DNA of 64,000 nucleotides from Mytilus trossulus (lineage: Eukaryota). Positions 12,773-23,804 of this stretch are shown piece after piece. Position 1 is the first letter of the stretch. Every line of letters begins with the position of its first letter. A program made the translations under genes and the position numbers. The notes under the pieces were generated by a model. It had not been told where the DNA came from. It was given only the letters and a program-made list of their open reading frames with translations, and made no database searches. The stretch covers positions 43,710,001 to 43,774,000 of the forward strand of contig NC_086386.1 of NCBI RefSeq assembly GCF_036588685.1. Reading direction: 5' to 3'.

Positions 12773-13378
12773 GTAAGCTACATTCATGATTATTGTTGTC
12801 CGATATATACGCGTATTTCCCCTTTACGGAACAGGTAAACACTACAACTTACAAGTAAAACAGGTGAAGAACAGGTGACCCTATATATATATGCAATTAG
12901 GAAGTACACATTCAAACAGATAAATTCACATTTGCATGTGAATCAGTGATTAAAGTGTTTTTTTAAGATTCAGAACAGCAGTGAAATAGATTATTCAATT
13001 ATATGTAATTTGTGTTATATGCCATATTTGGTCTTGTTTTATTGAATTTTTTTAATTAGGTTATTTTTAGCAGTTTATGCAGTAATGTTTGTAAATGCAA
13101 GGCAATTGTTATAACTTTTGTTTGCACATCTACAAACAATATATGGCCAGACACAATGATTAAGTGAGTCCTCAACAAGTGTTTCAATGCAAAGGGTTTG
13201 AAACATTTCTGTTTATCATGATCTTTTTTATATGCACAAATGGAAGCAGGACAAATGGCCAAACTGTCAAATCGCCTCACTTTTTCACCAACTCTTAAAA
13301 AATCTACTATATATATGTACTTTACCTGTTTAGGTTTGGATGAGCTCAGTTTATAGACAACGGACCCATTACTTTTAA

Positions 13379-13775
13379 GGAAGCTGGCTTGTCCTGTTTT
13401 GGATTTTTTTGCAGATTTTCGGAATCCCCCAAATCTGGTTTTATCCTTTTGAATGCCTTGAAAAATTTTGCCTGGTAACCCCCATTTTTCTTTTTGTAAA
13501 TATTGTACATGTATAATGATAAGCCATCTGTTAAAAGTCTTATAAAATTTTAATTAGTTTTTAACAGTTTTTGAGAACTTCAACTTGTCAATGATAAATC
13601 TATGAAAAGTCAAGAGGGAATGTTTTCCCGCCAAAATTTCAATGGCTAATATCTCGAAAACAAGCACGGTAACCTATATATTTTATTTGCTCTGTGGATT
13701 CCTTTATTAATCCACTATTGATATAAACTAATGTTTTGAAAAGTTAATTACTTTGAAACTGAGAAGCGAACTCCC
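13379..13775. mobile_element. Degraded TTAA-type (Kolobok-like) MITE
   Basis: TTAA-GGAAGCTGGCTT ... AAGCGAACTCCC-TTAT imperfect TIR. Confidence 0.5.
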
Positions 13776-14033
13776 TTATAAAGTCAATGATATAAGGTGT
13801 GTATTTGTATTTGCATATAAAAATTATTTGTTACCCTTCTCGCTGTCAGGGTCAATTGACATTTAGACTTTTGCATATATGTTAGCCATGGGAGCTTACT
13901 TTATAAATTATATTTTATTAATTATCTACATGATCTACAGGCTTGTGAATGATAAAATTTAGATTTGATATAATATAGTCAATTGATATTTAGTTTTGGT
14001 AGTCTGAAACAATTATAGTATTTTGTATATTGT

Positions 14034-16220
14034 CTGCAGTTCTTTACTTAGGACTGTTCAGCACATTGCTGCAATTCTTTACTTAGGCCTGTTCAGCATA
14101 TTGCTGCAGTTATTTACTAAGGACTGTTTAGCACATTGCTACAGTTCTTTACTAAGGACTGTTCAGCATATATTGCTGCAATTCTTTACTAAGGACTGTT
14201 TATCACATTGCTACAGTTCTGTACCAAGGACTGTTCAGCACATTGATGCAGTCCTTTACTAAGGACTGTTCAGCACATTGCTGCAATTCTTTACTAAGGA
14301 CTGTTTATCACATTGCTGTAGTTAAATTCTTTACAAAGAACTGTTCAGCACACTGGTGAAATTCTTTACTAAATGACTAAGGGCTGTTCAGCACATTGCT
14401 GCAATTCATTACCAAGGACTGTTCAGCACATTGCTGCAATTCTTTACTTAGGACTGTTTATCACATTGCTGCAGTTCTTTACCAAGAACTGTTCAGCACA
14501 TTGCTGCAATTTTTTACTAAGGGATGTTCAGCACATTGCTGCGATTCTTTACTAAGGACTGTTCAGCATATTGCTGCAGTTTTTATTTACTAAGGACTGT
14601 TCAGCACATTGCTGCAGTTCTTAACTAAGGACTGTTCAGCACATTGCTGTGCAATTCTTTATTTAGGACTGTTCAGCACATTGCTGCAATTCTTTACTAA
14701 TGACTGTTTATCACATTGCTGCAGTTCTTTACTAAGGACTGTTTATCACATTGCTGTAGTTAAATTCTTTACAAAGAACTGTTCAGCACACTGGTGAAAT
14801 TCTTTACTAAATGACTAAGGGCTGTTCAGCACATTGCTGCAATTCATTACCAAGGACTGTTCAGCACATTGCTGCAATTCTTTACTTAGGACTGTTTATC
14901 ACATTGCTGCAGTTCTTTACCAAGAACTGTTCAGCACATTGCTGCAATTTTTTACTAAGGGATGTTCAGCACATTGCTGCGATTCTTTACTAAGGACTGT
15001 TCAGCATATTGCTGCAGTTTTTATTTACTAAGGACTGTTCAGCACATTGCTGCAGTTCTTAACTAAGGACTGTTCAGCACATTGCTGTGCAATTCTTTAT
15101 TTAGGACTGTTCAGCACATTGCTGCAATTCTTTACTAATGACTGTTTATCACATTGCTGCAGTTCTTTACTTAGGACTGTTCAGCACATTGCTGCAATTC
15201 TTTACTGAGGACTGTTCAGCACATTGCTGGAGTTGAGTTCTTTACTTAGGACTGTTCAGCACATTGCTGCAATTCTTTACTGAGGACTGTTCAGCACATT
15301 GCTGTAGTTGAGTTCTTTACTTAGGACTGTTCAGCACATTGCTGCAATTCTTTACTAAAGAATGTTCAGCACATTGCTGCAGTTCTTTACTAAGGACTGT
15401 TTAGCACATTGCTGCAGTTCTTTACCAAGAACTGTTCAGCATATTGCTGCAGTTTTTTTTTTACTAAGGCCACATTTAAAAGAATGTCTGTTTCCCCTCC
15501 CCTGGGTCTATCCATTGTAAACAGACCATGGAAGGCAAGTTCTTTTTTTTTCTTTTTTTTTAAAAACTGGATGTGATTGTCATAGCATGGTCACATGAAT
15601 GGTTTGACTTGTCCAGTCCAGGCCACTTATCAGTTGTTTGTGCTCAATTTGTGTGTATCTATTTAGATTATCAATCCTTCTGCTTTTAAGCACTTTCCAA
15701 AAATGGAAACAAATTATTTTTAGGAAAAAAAATAATTTTCCATTTTTTTGTGGAAAATAACTTTTTTACCAGGGGGCTTATTTTTGACCCGAGTGGGGGG
15801 TGGGGGGGGGGAAACAAACATATTTTTAATTTTGGTCTAAGGACTGTTCAGCACATTGCTGCAGTTCTTAACTAAGGACTGTTCAGCACATTGCTGTGCA
15901 ATTCTTTTTTTTAGGACTGTTCAGCACATTGCTGCAATTCTTTACTAAGGACTGTTCAGCACATTGCTGCGATTCTTTACTAATGACTGTTCAGCATATT
16001 GCTGTAGTTTATTTAACTAAGGACTTTTCAGCACATTGCTGTGCAATTCTTTACTAAGGACTGTTCAGCACATTGCTGCGATTCTTTACTAAGGACTGTT
16101 CAGCATATTGCTGCAGGTTTTTTTTACTAAGGACTGTTCAGCTTATTGCTCAGTTCTTAACTAAGGACTGTTCAGCACATTGCTGTGCAATTCTTTACTA
16201 ACAACTGTTCAGCACATTGC
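14034..16220. repeat. 35-bp minisatellite (~50 copies) with a 438-bp higher-order duplication, interrupted by a MITE
   Basis: Unit CTGCAATTCTTTACTAAGGACTGTTCAGCACATTG; identical ORF-track peptides 438 bp apart (14373/14811, 14396/14834). Confidence 0.95.
15468..15837. mobile_element. PIF/Harbinger-like MITE inserted in the minisatellite
   Basis: ~30-bp TIR GGCCACATTTAAAAGAATGTCTGTTTCCCC / GGGGAAACAAACATATTTTTAATTTTGGTC; TAA duplicated, as judged from the intact repeat unit. Confidence 0.8.
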
Positions 16221-17043
16221 ATCTTCACCACATTACCAAAGCAAATGCAGTTTTTTTTTTAAACAAACCCTCTTCCACAAACGTAAAAACACAAGTAAAG
16301 ACTGTTAATAGATATAGGAAGATGTGGTGTGAGTGCCAATGAGACAACTCTCCATCCAAATAACAATTTTTAAAAGTAAACCATTATAGGTTAAAGTACG
16401 GCCTTCAACACGGAGCCTTGGCTCACACCGACCAACAAGCTATAAATTAAAGGGCCCCAAAATTACTAGTGTTAAACCATTTAAACGGGAAAACCAACGG
16501 TCAAATCTGTTACTAAGTCAAGATTTGGATTGAGTCTGACTATTTAAGCATTTATAAGCTACATTTATATACCTATATGTAGTTATTTTCTTTCAAAACA
16601 ATATATATATAGGTCATTCTTTCGAAGATTCAACCTGGACGATACCCTTGCTTTCACCTCAATTTCATGATTTTTGTCATGTCAATTTAAAAAATGAGTA
16701 ATCATGGTAATAGGATAACAATATTTTGCATATTGGATATGAGGCCCTTGCAATGCCTACATGGCTATCAGACAGGCTCCATTCTCAATTATATTCATGG
16801 AGCAGTGATTAAGTTACCTGATTTCTGTTTCTCAGATATTATAAGCAGTAGGTCAACTACAAATGATATATGTGGCAAAGTTATGATTGTAAGGGATACT
16901 ATTACATGCCAGTCTGTTTCATCTGACCCTGACCTGATTTTCATGGTTAATTGCATTGGTAAATGTTTAAAGTTTTTGTGCTTTGGTCTGTTTTAATCAA
17001 TTTCTTATAGCAATATAGGTCAAGAATGTTTGGTGTATAGAAT

Positions 17044-17320
17044 GAGGGTAGTAATGCCCTTTAACGTCGGGCATCAAACAGTCATTTTCAGCTACTGTTA
17101 ATGTCAAGTTGGTTAAAATGTTACCATGATTCTTCAGAGGCCTCAAATAATTATTGTTACTGTTATTTTTGTAAAAAAATTAACGTCAATATCAGTCAAT
17201 GTTTCTATTGTCTAAAAGAAAGTCTACATTTTTTCGTCATACACTAACAATTACTGCTAATTTCATTTGTCAAGAATTTTTACTGTTATCCGTCATGAAG
17301 GTGCCCCCATTACGACCCTC
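17044..17320. mobile_element. MITE with AT flanks (ISL2EU-like), nested in an older HINE remnant
   Basis: TIR GAGGGTAGTAATG / CATTACGACCCTC, AT on both sides. Confidence 0.65.
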
Positions 17321-18163
17321 ATAATTGTATAAAGTGTACATGTCTGTCTGACAGTATTTATTTGACTTGACCTTATTGTTATGAATCTGAAAACATGTTT
17401 AGTTTATGTGATGCTCAAAGTAAAACTTTAATATTTTAGACTTTCAACATAAAATGTTTCATCAGTAAAGCAGACATTTCAGCATGTGCACTCTTGTTAT
17501 GTTAATTAGATGAGGAAGGAGTACCATTGTCAAGAAAAGCGCCACATTGAAATGCGTTCAGTAGACCTAAAATCCATGATATTTGACAATTTCAGTTCTA
17601 GCAATTGTCAAAACACTTCTAATGACTATGGAAATATCACTCAATGTTTGCCAGGCCTCATTATATGCTATCCATATATGTTTCTTACTTATTCCCCCAT
17701 TGACCAGAGGAGATTTCTCGCTCTGCTGTTGGGGATTAATTTATGTCATATACATATATGTATTGACTATTTATAATTGATATTTAATTTTAGCAGAAAA
17801 TAATTTGAAAAGGAGAAAAATGGTTTGAACCAAATCTTATCAGGAAAATTATTTTTCTTAAATTTAAATACATGTAGGTGTGTAATTTATGACATATGCA
17901 GTTTACTTGTTACATTGTATGTTTATGTTGAGTCATCAGATGGTGTCACTTTAAATACATCATGGGTCGTCATTAATTTTCTGGTCCAAAGTTTATAACA
18001 ATCATGTAATTTTCTGGATAAATCTTTTAATATAAAACCTTTAATATCATAACACATAGTCATATTAGTAGGATTATAAACCTCTTATTTCAAAGTACAA
18101 AATATAAAACTATAAGTATTTTAATCCTGTACATGTTGTATAACTCTTTACATAGAATTTAAA

Positions 18164-18273
18164 ATGGATATTATGAAGGCACAAAATGATTTTATAAACA
18201 GCTTCAAAGCAAAACAGAAATTTTTTGATGCACAGCAATGTGCTTGGTGTTTCCACTTGTTTGATGAAAACAG
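18164..18273 (+). CDS. Naam: Nicotinamidase alternative first coding exon 1b (MDIMKAQNDFINSFKAKQKFFDAQQCAWCFHLFDEN-R)
   Basis: AAAATGG start, open frame, AG|GTAGG phase-2 donor; clear paralogue of exon 1a (FD.QQC..CF.LFD.N); upstream acceptor ctttacatAG at 18155. Confidence 0.8.
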
Positions 18274-20387
18274 GTAGGAGTATTTGTTATGCTTTGATAT
18301 TAATATGATTTTTCATTTCACTCTTCTCTTATTAAGCTTGTGATATGGATTTTTCTCAGTAAAAATAGAATGTATGGAGTCATGAGCTTACATCATCTAG
18401 GAATACAATAGCAAACACATTATCAGTCTTTAAAACTTTAGGATGTTTCTAGGTTACGTTCTCATCACAGGGTTGTTGCCCTTTGAAAAAATTGTTACTG
18501 ATGAAAAACGCCCTCTCATCCGAAAATCCACCATTAATCTACAGTTTATTATACATATATTATTTTTTATGAAAATTCTTATCAACATGCAGTTACAGTA
18601 AATATAAAAATCGCCTGAAAATCTAATTTCAATGTATTATTAAAAGTCAAACAATTGTAAATTAAGGTCTGACAGGACATAACACAAAGAAGAAAGTTTT
18701 GTCAATTTTTGCTCACTTGTAAATAAGATGTGCGTTTCTAAAACATTTATGACTATAAGTTGTTTGACATTTGATTCAGGTCCGTCACTTGTATCAGACC
18801 TGAATGTCAAATAACTAAGGTTTTCCAATTCCTTTAAAATTTCTTACATTTTAGGAGTGAATGTATCATTATTGAGGCAAAGCTTACAGTGATTTAGCTA
18901 GCGCTCGTCACTTTCGTATTTTACGAAAAGGTTTTCGAAATGACGAAAATATTTCATATCAATTTCGTCACTTAAATTTGGAAAGTGTAAAAATATTTAC
19001 ACATCAAATTACTTGAATTCTACCTGTCTTTATGTTTCTGACAAGTTTATGACCCTCAGGTAATTAACGTTTACCAAAGGTGTTAAAAGTTGTGATGACA
19101 AGTAATCCGCCTATCGCCAATCAGATGGGTCGCTAATCCCTTAATTATCATTATAAAACCTCATAAATGACCATCATAATAATCTATTTAGGTTAAATCA
19201 GTCAGTCAGCATTTCATTTTAATCATTTCTCACAGTTCAGTCGTATTTTCGTCATTTGAACAAAATTGATAAACTTCCCGGACATTTCAACTTTATTTTA
19301 ATTTCAATATTTCCCTTACGATCATAATTTGCAGTTTGCTTGTCGTAGTTTCGTCATTTCAACGTATTTTCGTCATACTTTATATAAATATTCATCAAAA
19401 ACTTTCGACAACTTCGATTAAAAAGAATGAACTTTATTCAAAACGTAAATATTTTCACTTGCAAACAGGTGCTTCCTGTTCTATGTATTGCGCATGCGTA
19501 AAAGATCGTAGATGAATCCGGTTTTATTCTGAAATTATAATTCAATTGTCACTTCCCGTTTTCATTTCATTTCGTTTAAAAATCGAAAGTAAACATGATC
19601 TACAGTCTACAGTCATTAGAATCGTCACATTAAGTACGGATGCAGATCCTTCTATCCAATATTAAAGAAATTGATTCCAAATAGATATTAAAACGTATTT
19701 TCAAGGATATACATGATTGTGAAGGGAAAAAGTCGTTACAAGTTCATTTGTGCAGTGGTTAAAAAATAGAGGCACCCAACTTTTGATAAGGGGTGTGCCC
19801 TGAAAAAAACTGAAGTGATGTTTTGACCATATTACCAGATCCCTGTTCTTATCTTCATATCTTAGCATCACATCAGTCAATTCATTCAATATATATATAT
19901 TGTCAATAACTGCCTACATTAGCAAGTCTTCAAAGATCCTAGACTAGTCCTTGAAGGACTTGGACATATATATGTATAGCTAGTTCGATAAACATCCTAG
20001 ATCCCTTGCTTTATAAAAAATTAAGGCTGATTTTTATCACGCGCAAAAGTGACTAAAGCCCTCAAAATCCTAGCTAAAACCCTGGCTTACAGTTTTATTT
20101 GTTAGTTTCAATTTCTGATATTTTATGACTACTGCTTCATAAAATTATAACAGATTTTGCAGGAAATTTGGTTTATAATAACATTCTGATGATTTTTGAA
20201 CTGAACTGGGGTAATCCCTTGTAACATCAGCTTGAAATTAAAAAGTTCATCTTTTATTTCTTTGGCAACTTGAACTAATGCTTCCCTTGCAAAGCTGTTG
20301 CAGAAATACAGTGTTATGGATGGGTAACCCATACCCTTTCTGTACTATTATTGTACAAATGTACAGTGAAAAAATAGACGTTTATTT

Positions 20388-20752
20388 AATAATTGAATGC
20401 TTCTTTTTATAAATTTATTGGGGTGTAAAAGCGTTGACCGAAGTACATTTTGTATGAAGTGCGGAAGTGCTTCATTCTAAAAATGTACGCACTGTCAACG
20501 CTTTTACAACCCTATAAAGTTACAAAAAGAAGCATTCAATACTTATAATTACATTTTTAGCTAGGATTATAAAAACACGATTTTCATGAAGTTAAATTTT
20601 TAAATTCACCTGTGCACTTTATTGTGGGACCTCGTGTCATCATGAATGAAATGTTATTGTCTCATGCAACTGCTTACGGAATAACATGTGATGTGCAATT
20701 AGCCAATCAGAATAACATTTTATAATGAAACATACATCTAATGTAATTATTT
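20388..20752. mobile_element. Element with a ~150-bp palindrome at one end
   Basis: Arms ATTGAATGCTTCTTTTT...TGTAAAAGCGTTGAC / GTCAACGCTTTTACA...AAAAAGAAGCATTCAAT (20392-20540). Confidence 0.65.
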
Positions 20753-20962
20753 ATTGAATGAGAGTTAAATTCTTCATTTCTTTTTTTTATTTAGGTACAG
20801 AGAGGGGTATTTACTAATTTTAGATGGAAAGGAGTTAGATTCTATTTAGTGTGAAAGCTTTCTTCATTCTTTATCTATATTTTCAGAGATGAGTATTTAG
20901 ATGGAAAGAAATTAGATGTTTATTTAGTGTGAGTTTTCTTCATTTTGTATCTTTATTTTCAG

Positions 20963-21089
20963 AGATGGGTATTTAGATGGAAAGGAATTAGATAATCTTT
21001 TGTTAGCAGTTTTCTCTGATGGTACAGAATCCTACACTGTTAATTCTGACTATAAGGCTGAACTGTTAAAACTGCTAGATCAAGATCAG
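20963..21089 (+). CDS. Naam: Nicotinamidase exon 2 (EF-hand 1 loop/exit helix and start of EF-hand 2)
   Basis: tttttcAG|A GAT GGG TAT...: DGYLDGKELDNLLLAVFSDGTESYTVNSDYKAELLKLLDQDQ, donor CAG|GTATC. Confidence 0.85.
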
Positions 21090-21307
21090 GTATCTTATAT
21101 TTATATATTTCAACATAGATATGATTATTCAGAGGGCATATCAAATAAGGGTGATGTCTGAAAACATGGACATTAGAGACAGATGATACAAGTAATTGGT
21201 TACTTGATTTAGTCAATAATCTTACTTGTGATTCATTTATTTCTGTGAATATCAATTTGTGTTAATTGAGGAGAAATTCTATTTGCAGATATTTTTGTTT
21301 TCCTTAA

Positions 21308-21585
21308 GGTGGTACCTAACACTACAGGGAGATAACTCTGTAAAATCAGTTAAACGTTTTAATTACGTTGTGTTGTTTAAGGTAATATTAAGCTTCTCAA
21401 TGATCAAAATAGGTGTTTGTCAAACTGCTATATATATAACCAGTGTAATTTTTCTGATAACACGGTTGGTTCAAATTCTTAATTTTTTTTATATTTTTGT
21501 CAAAGGATCAAAGTAAATACTTTGTCAAAATTTTATTTAAATTAAACAAGCCAAATTAATTTTAGTTTATGTGTTGGGTACCACT
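21308..21585 (+). mobile_element. TTAA-flanked MITE (Kolobok-like)
   Basis: TTAA-GGTGGTACCTAACAC...GTGTTGGGTACCACT-TTAA; inverted copy at 39146-39408. Confidence 0.85.
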
Positions 21586-21729
21586 TTAATATTTAATTTC
21601 ATGGTTTTGTCAGAGTCTGAATACAAACATATAGAAAAAATTTGCTTAGTAAAACATTGAAATCCGAGGTTAATCTATACCCACATAAACCAATGACCAG
21701 GAAACTTAATATTCCAGGATTGATAAATA

Positions 21730-22110
21730 TTAATAATAATAATAATAATATAATAATTATTCTTTATTTAAAGAGGGTTACACAGTTAGCTATAAAGCTA
21801 ATCTTCCCCGAGATCCTCATGAAACACAATGACATATAACAAACAATTACAAAATATCAAACAAACACACATACATGAATAAAGCAATAAAAAATTGTTA
21901 TGAAATATACAATTTTCCAAACAGGTTAAAGTTACAAATTCCTATATGACATATATAGTATTGCCATCAACAATATCATAAGTTTGAGTAAGTGTGAGAA
22001 AAATATTATGCTAATAAAATCGCACAGCTTTTAAATGATCCAACAAGTAATTTTTTAAATCTTTTTTGAATGAGCTTGTACTTGAGGTTGATTGTATCCA
22101 CAGTATTGAA
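21730..22110 (-). mobile_element. 3' end fragment of an L2/CR1-group LINE
   Basis: Minus strand ends ...GGGAAGATTAGCTTTATAGCTAACTGTGTAACCCTCTTTAAATAAAG plus (ATT)n tail; upstream translates SSFKKDLKNYLL. Confidence 0.6.
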
Positions 22111-23099
22111 ATATAACACTCAATATTTTTCCTGATATTCCTTTTCTTTGAAATTTACCTCATTTTCCTTGTTCATGTATAAGATACATTGTACTATAAA
22201 CAATAGGTCATCTATATCCATGACCTAATTTTTATAGAAGTTAGACTGAAATTTTTTTTGGTATTAAGGTCTGATATTTTTCCAATACCGGTAGGCCTAA
22301 TATATTTAGGGTACCTGTAATGATTATAAAAAGTGGTTGTCTGTCTGCCAGGGTTTATCTGACCTTGAACTCCTTTACTTTGATCATTGATAATGTTAAT
22401 TATGGTTGTATTATATTAAAACCTTTATATTACATACTTTTAAATACAGTAAAGTAGAGGCAAGACATTTCAGTGTGTGCTCTCTTATTTTATTTTTAGT
22501 TTTTAGGAGTTTGCCTTATTTTTAATATTTTGACTCAATTTGCCTCTTTTTAATATATCATAAAGAATCTTAAAGATAATGACTTTTTTCCTACTTTACA
22601 AATTTTAGCACTTAGTGTACAAATGAACATTTTCCCATGTAACTTCTATGCTATTTTAAATAAGTTTGATCCACAGAAAAATTTAAAAACAGCATTTTGC
22701 TGAAATCAATATTTACTAATGTGCACTTTGTCTATACTTATTTTTTTTGGATACAATATATATAACCAAAAGATAAACTTCTCATTACAGTACACAAAAA
22801 TTCCTACACACACTTGAAACCCACATCAAAGTAACAATTTACCTATTATCTTGCATTTTAAAATTTACTTGACAAACATTTGTTAAAGGAAAGCTGATAA
22901 TTTATTGATCTAATATAGTTTGGAGTGTTTTTCTTGGTTTTAAACAGGCTATATCTCTAGGTACAACTATTAAATAGGAAGAGATGTGATAAGTCCTAAT
23001 CAAACTTAATAACTGATCAAACATTTGAAGTAGTACTGACGTTTTACCATAAACATTTAAAATAGCACAGTCATTTGACTATGATCTTTATTGACTCGT

Positions 23100-23220
23100 G
23101 ATCAGATGGCCAGTTTTCTTGGTCAGTAGCCAGTTGTTCTCTCCCAGCACTAAAAACTGGATGCCATTAGATAACCAACATTGTTGAAAGTGGCATTAAA
23201 CACAACCAATCAATCAATAA
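23100..23220 (+). mobile_element. Degraded SINE 3' fragment
   Basis: AAAACTGGATGCCA...GTTGAAAGTGGCATTAAACAC(AATC)n tail, similar to 40177-40410. Confidence 0.45.
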
Positions 23221-23804
23221 ACTAAGGAACAAATGTGAATACCAACTGAAGGGTTTTTGTTGTTCAGAAGTTAAAATTTAGACCAAAGAAATTTACAATC
23301 ATGTATTTAATCCGCTGAGTCAGGATTTTGAAAAAAGGGCGCCCCATGGCCCCAAACAAGGCAGTGTTTTTTTAGAACAGTTAAAAAGAAAAAGTCTTCA
23401 TTAACTTTAAATGTAGCTTCATAAAGGGGGTTTGGCCCCCTGTCCTCTCTCATTAAGTCTGCCTCTGTGAAACTTTTGATAAAGCAATTGTCAGCATGTA
23501 TGGAAAATAAAATAATTCAACTGAAACAAAAAGTACCGTTGATTTTACAATAAATCAAAAGTGATGTACCCTAATCATACACAATAATGACATTTCTTGA
23601 CAGGTGTATGGTACATCTCTATATATATAAAGTCATTATATATTCAAAATGAAACTATCCCCAGGTATGTTGTGATTAATGATACAGAATATTTCTATGT
23701 ACATGAACTAGAAGCTGTGCTTACTTAGTAAGAAAATTAGCCTGACAGTGTTGTTACCTGTGTATTGGAAAAGTCATCAACTCCATTTATAATTGTATTG
23801 ATTG

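Noticed and set aside
14034-16220. CRISPR-like array or Cys-rich ORFs in the 35-bp repeat
   Set aside because: No unique spacers, no cas genes, eukaryotic intron; the ORFs are by-products of the repeat.
18495-18530. CTGATGA...GAAA as a hammerhead (also 62782 and in HINE repeats)
   Set aside because: No stem II/III pairing.
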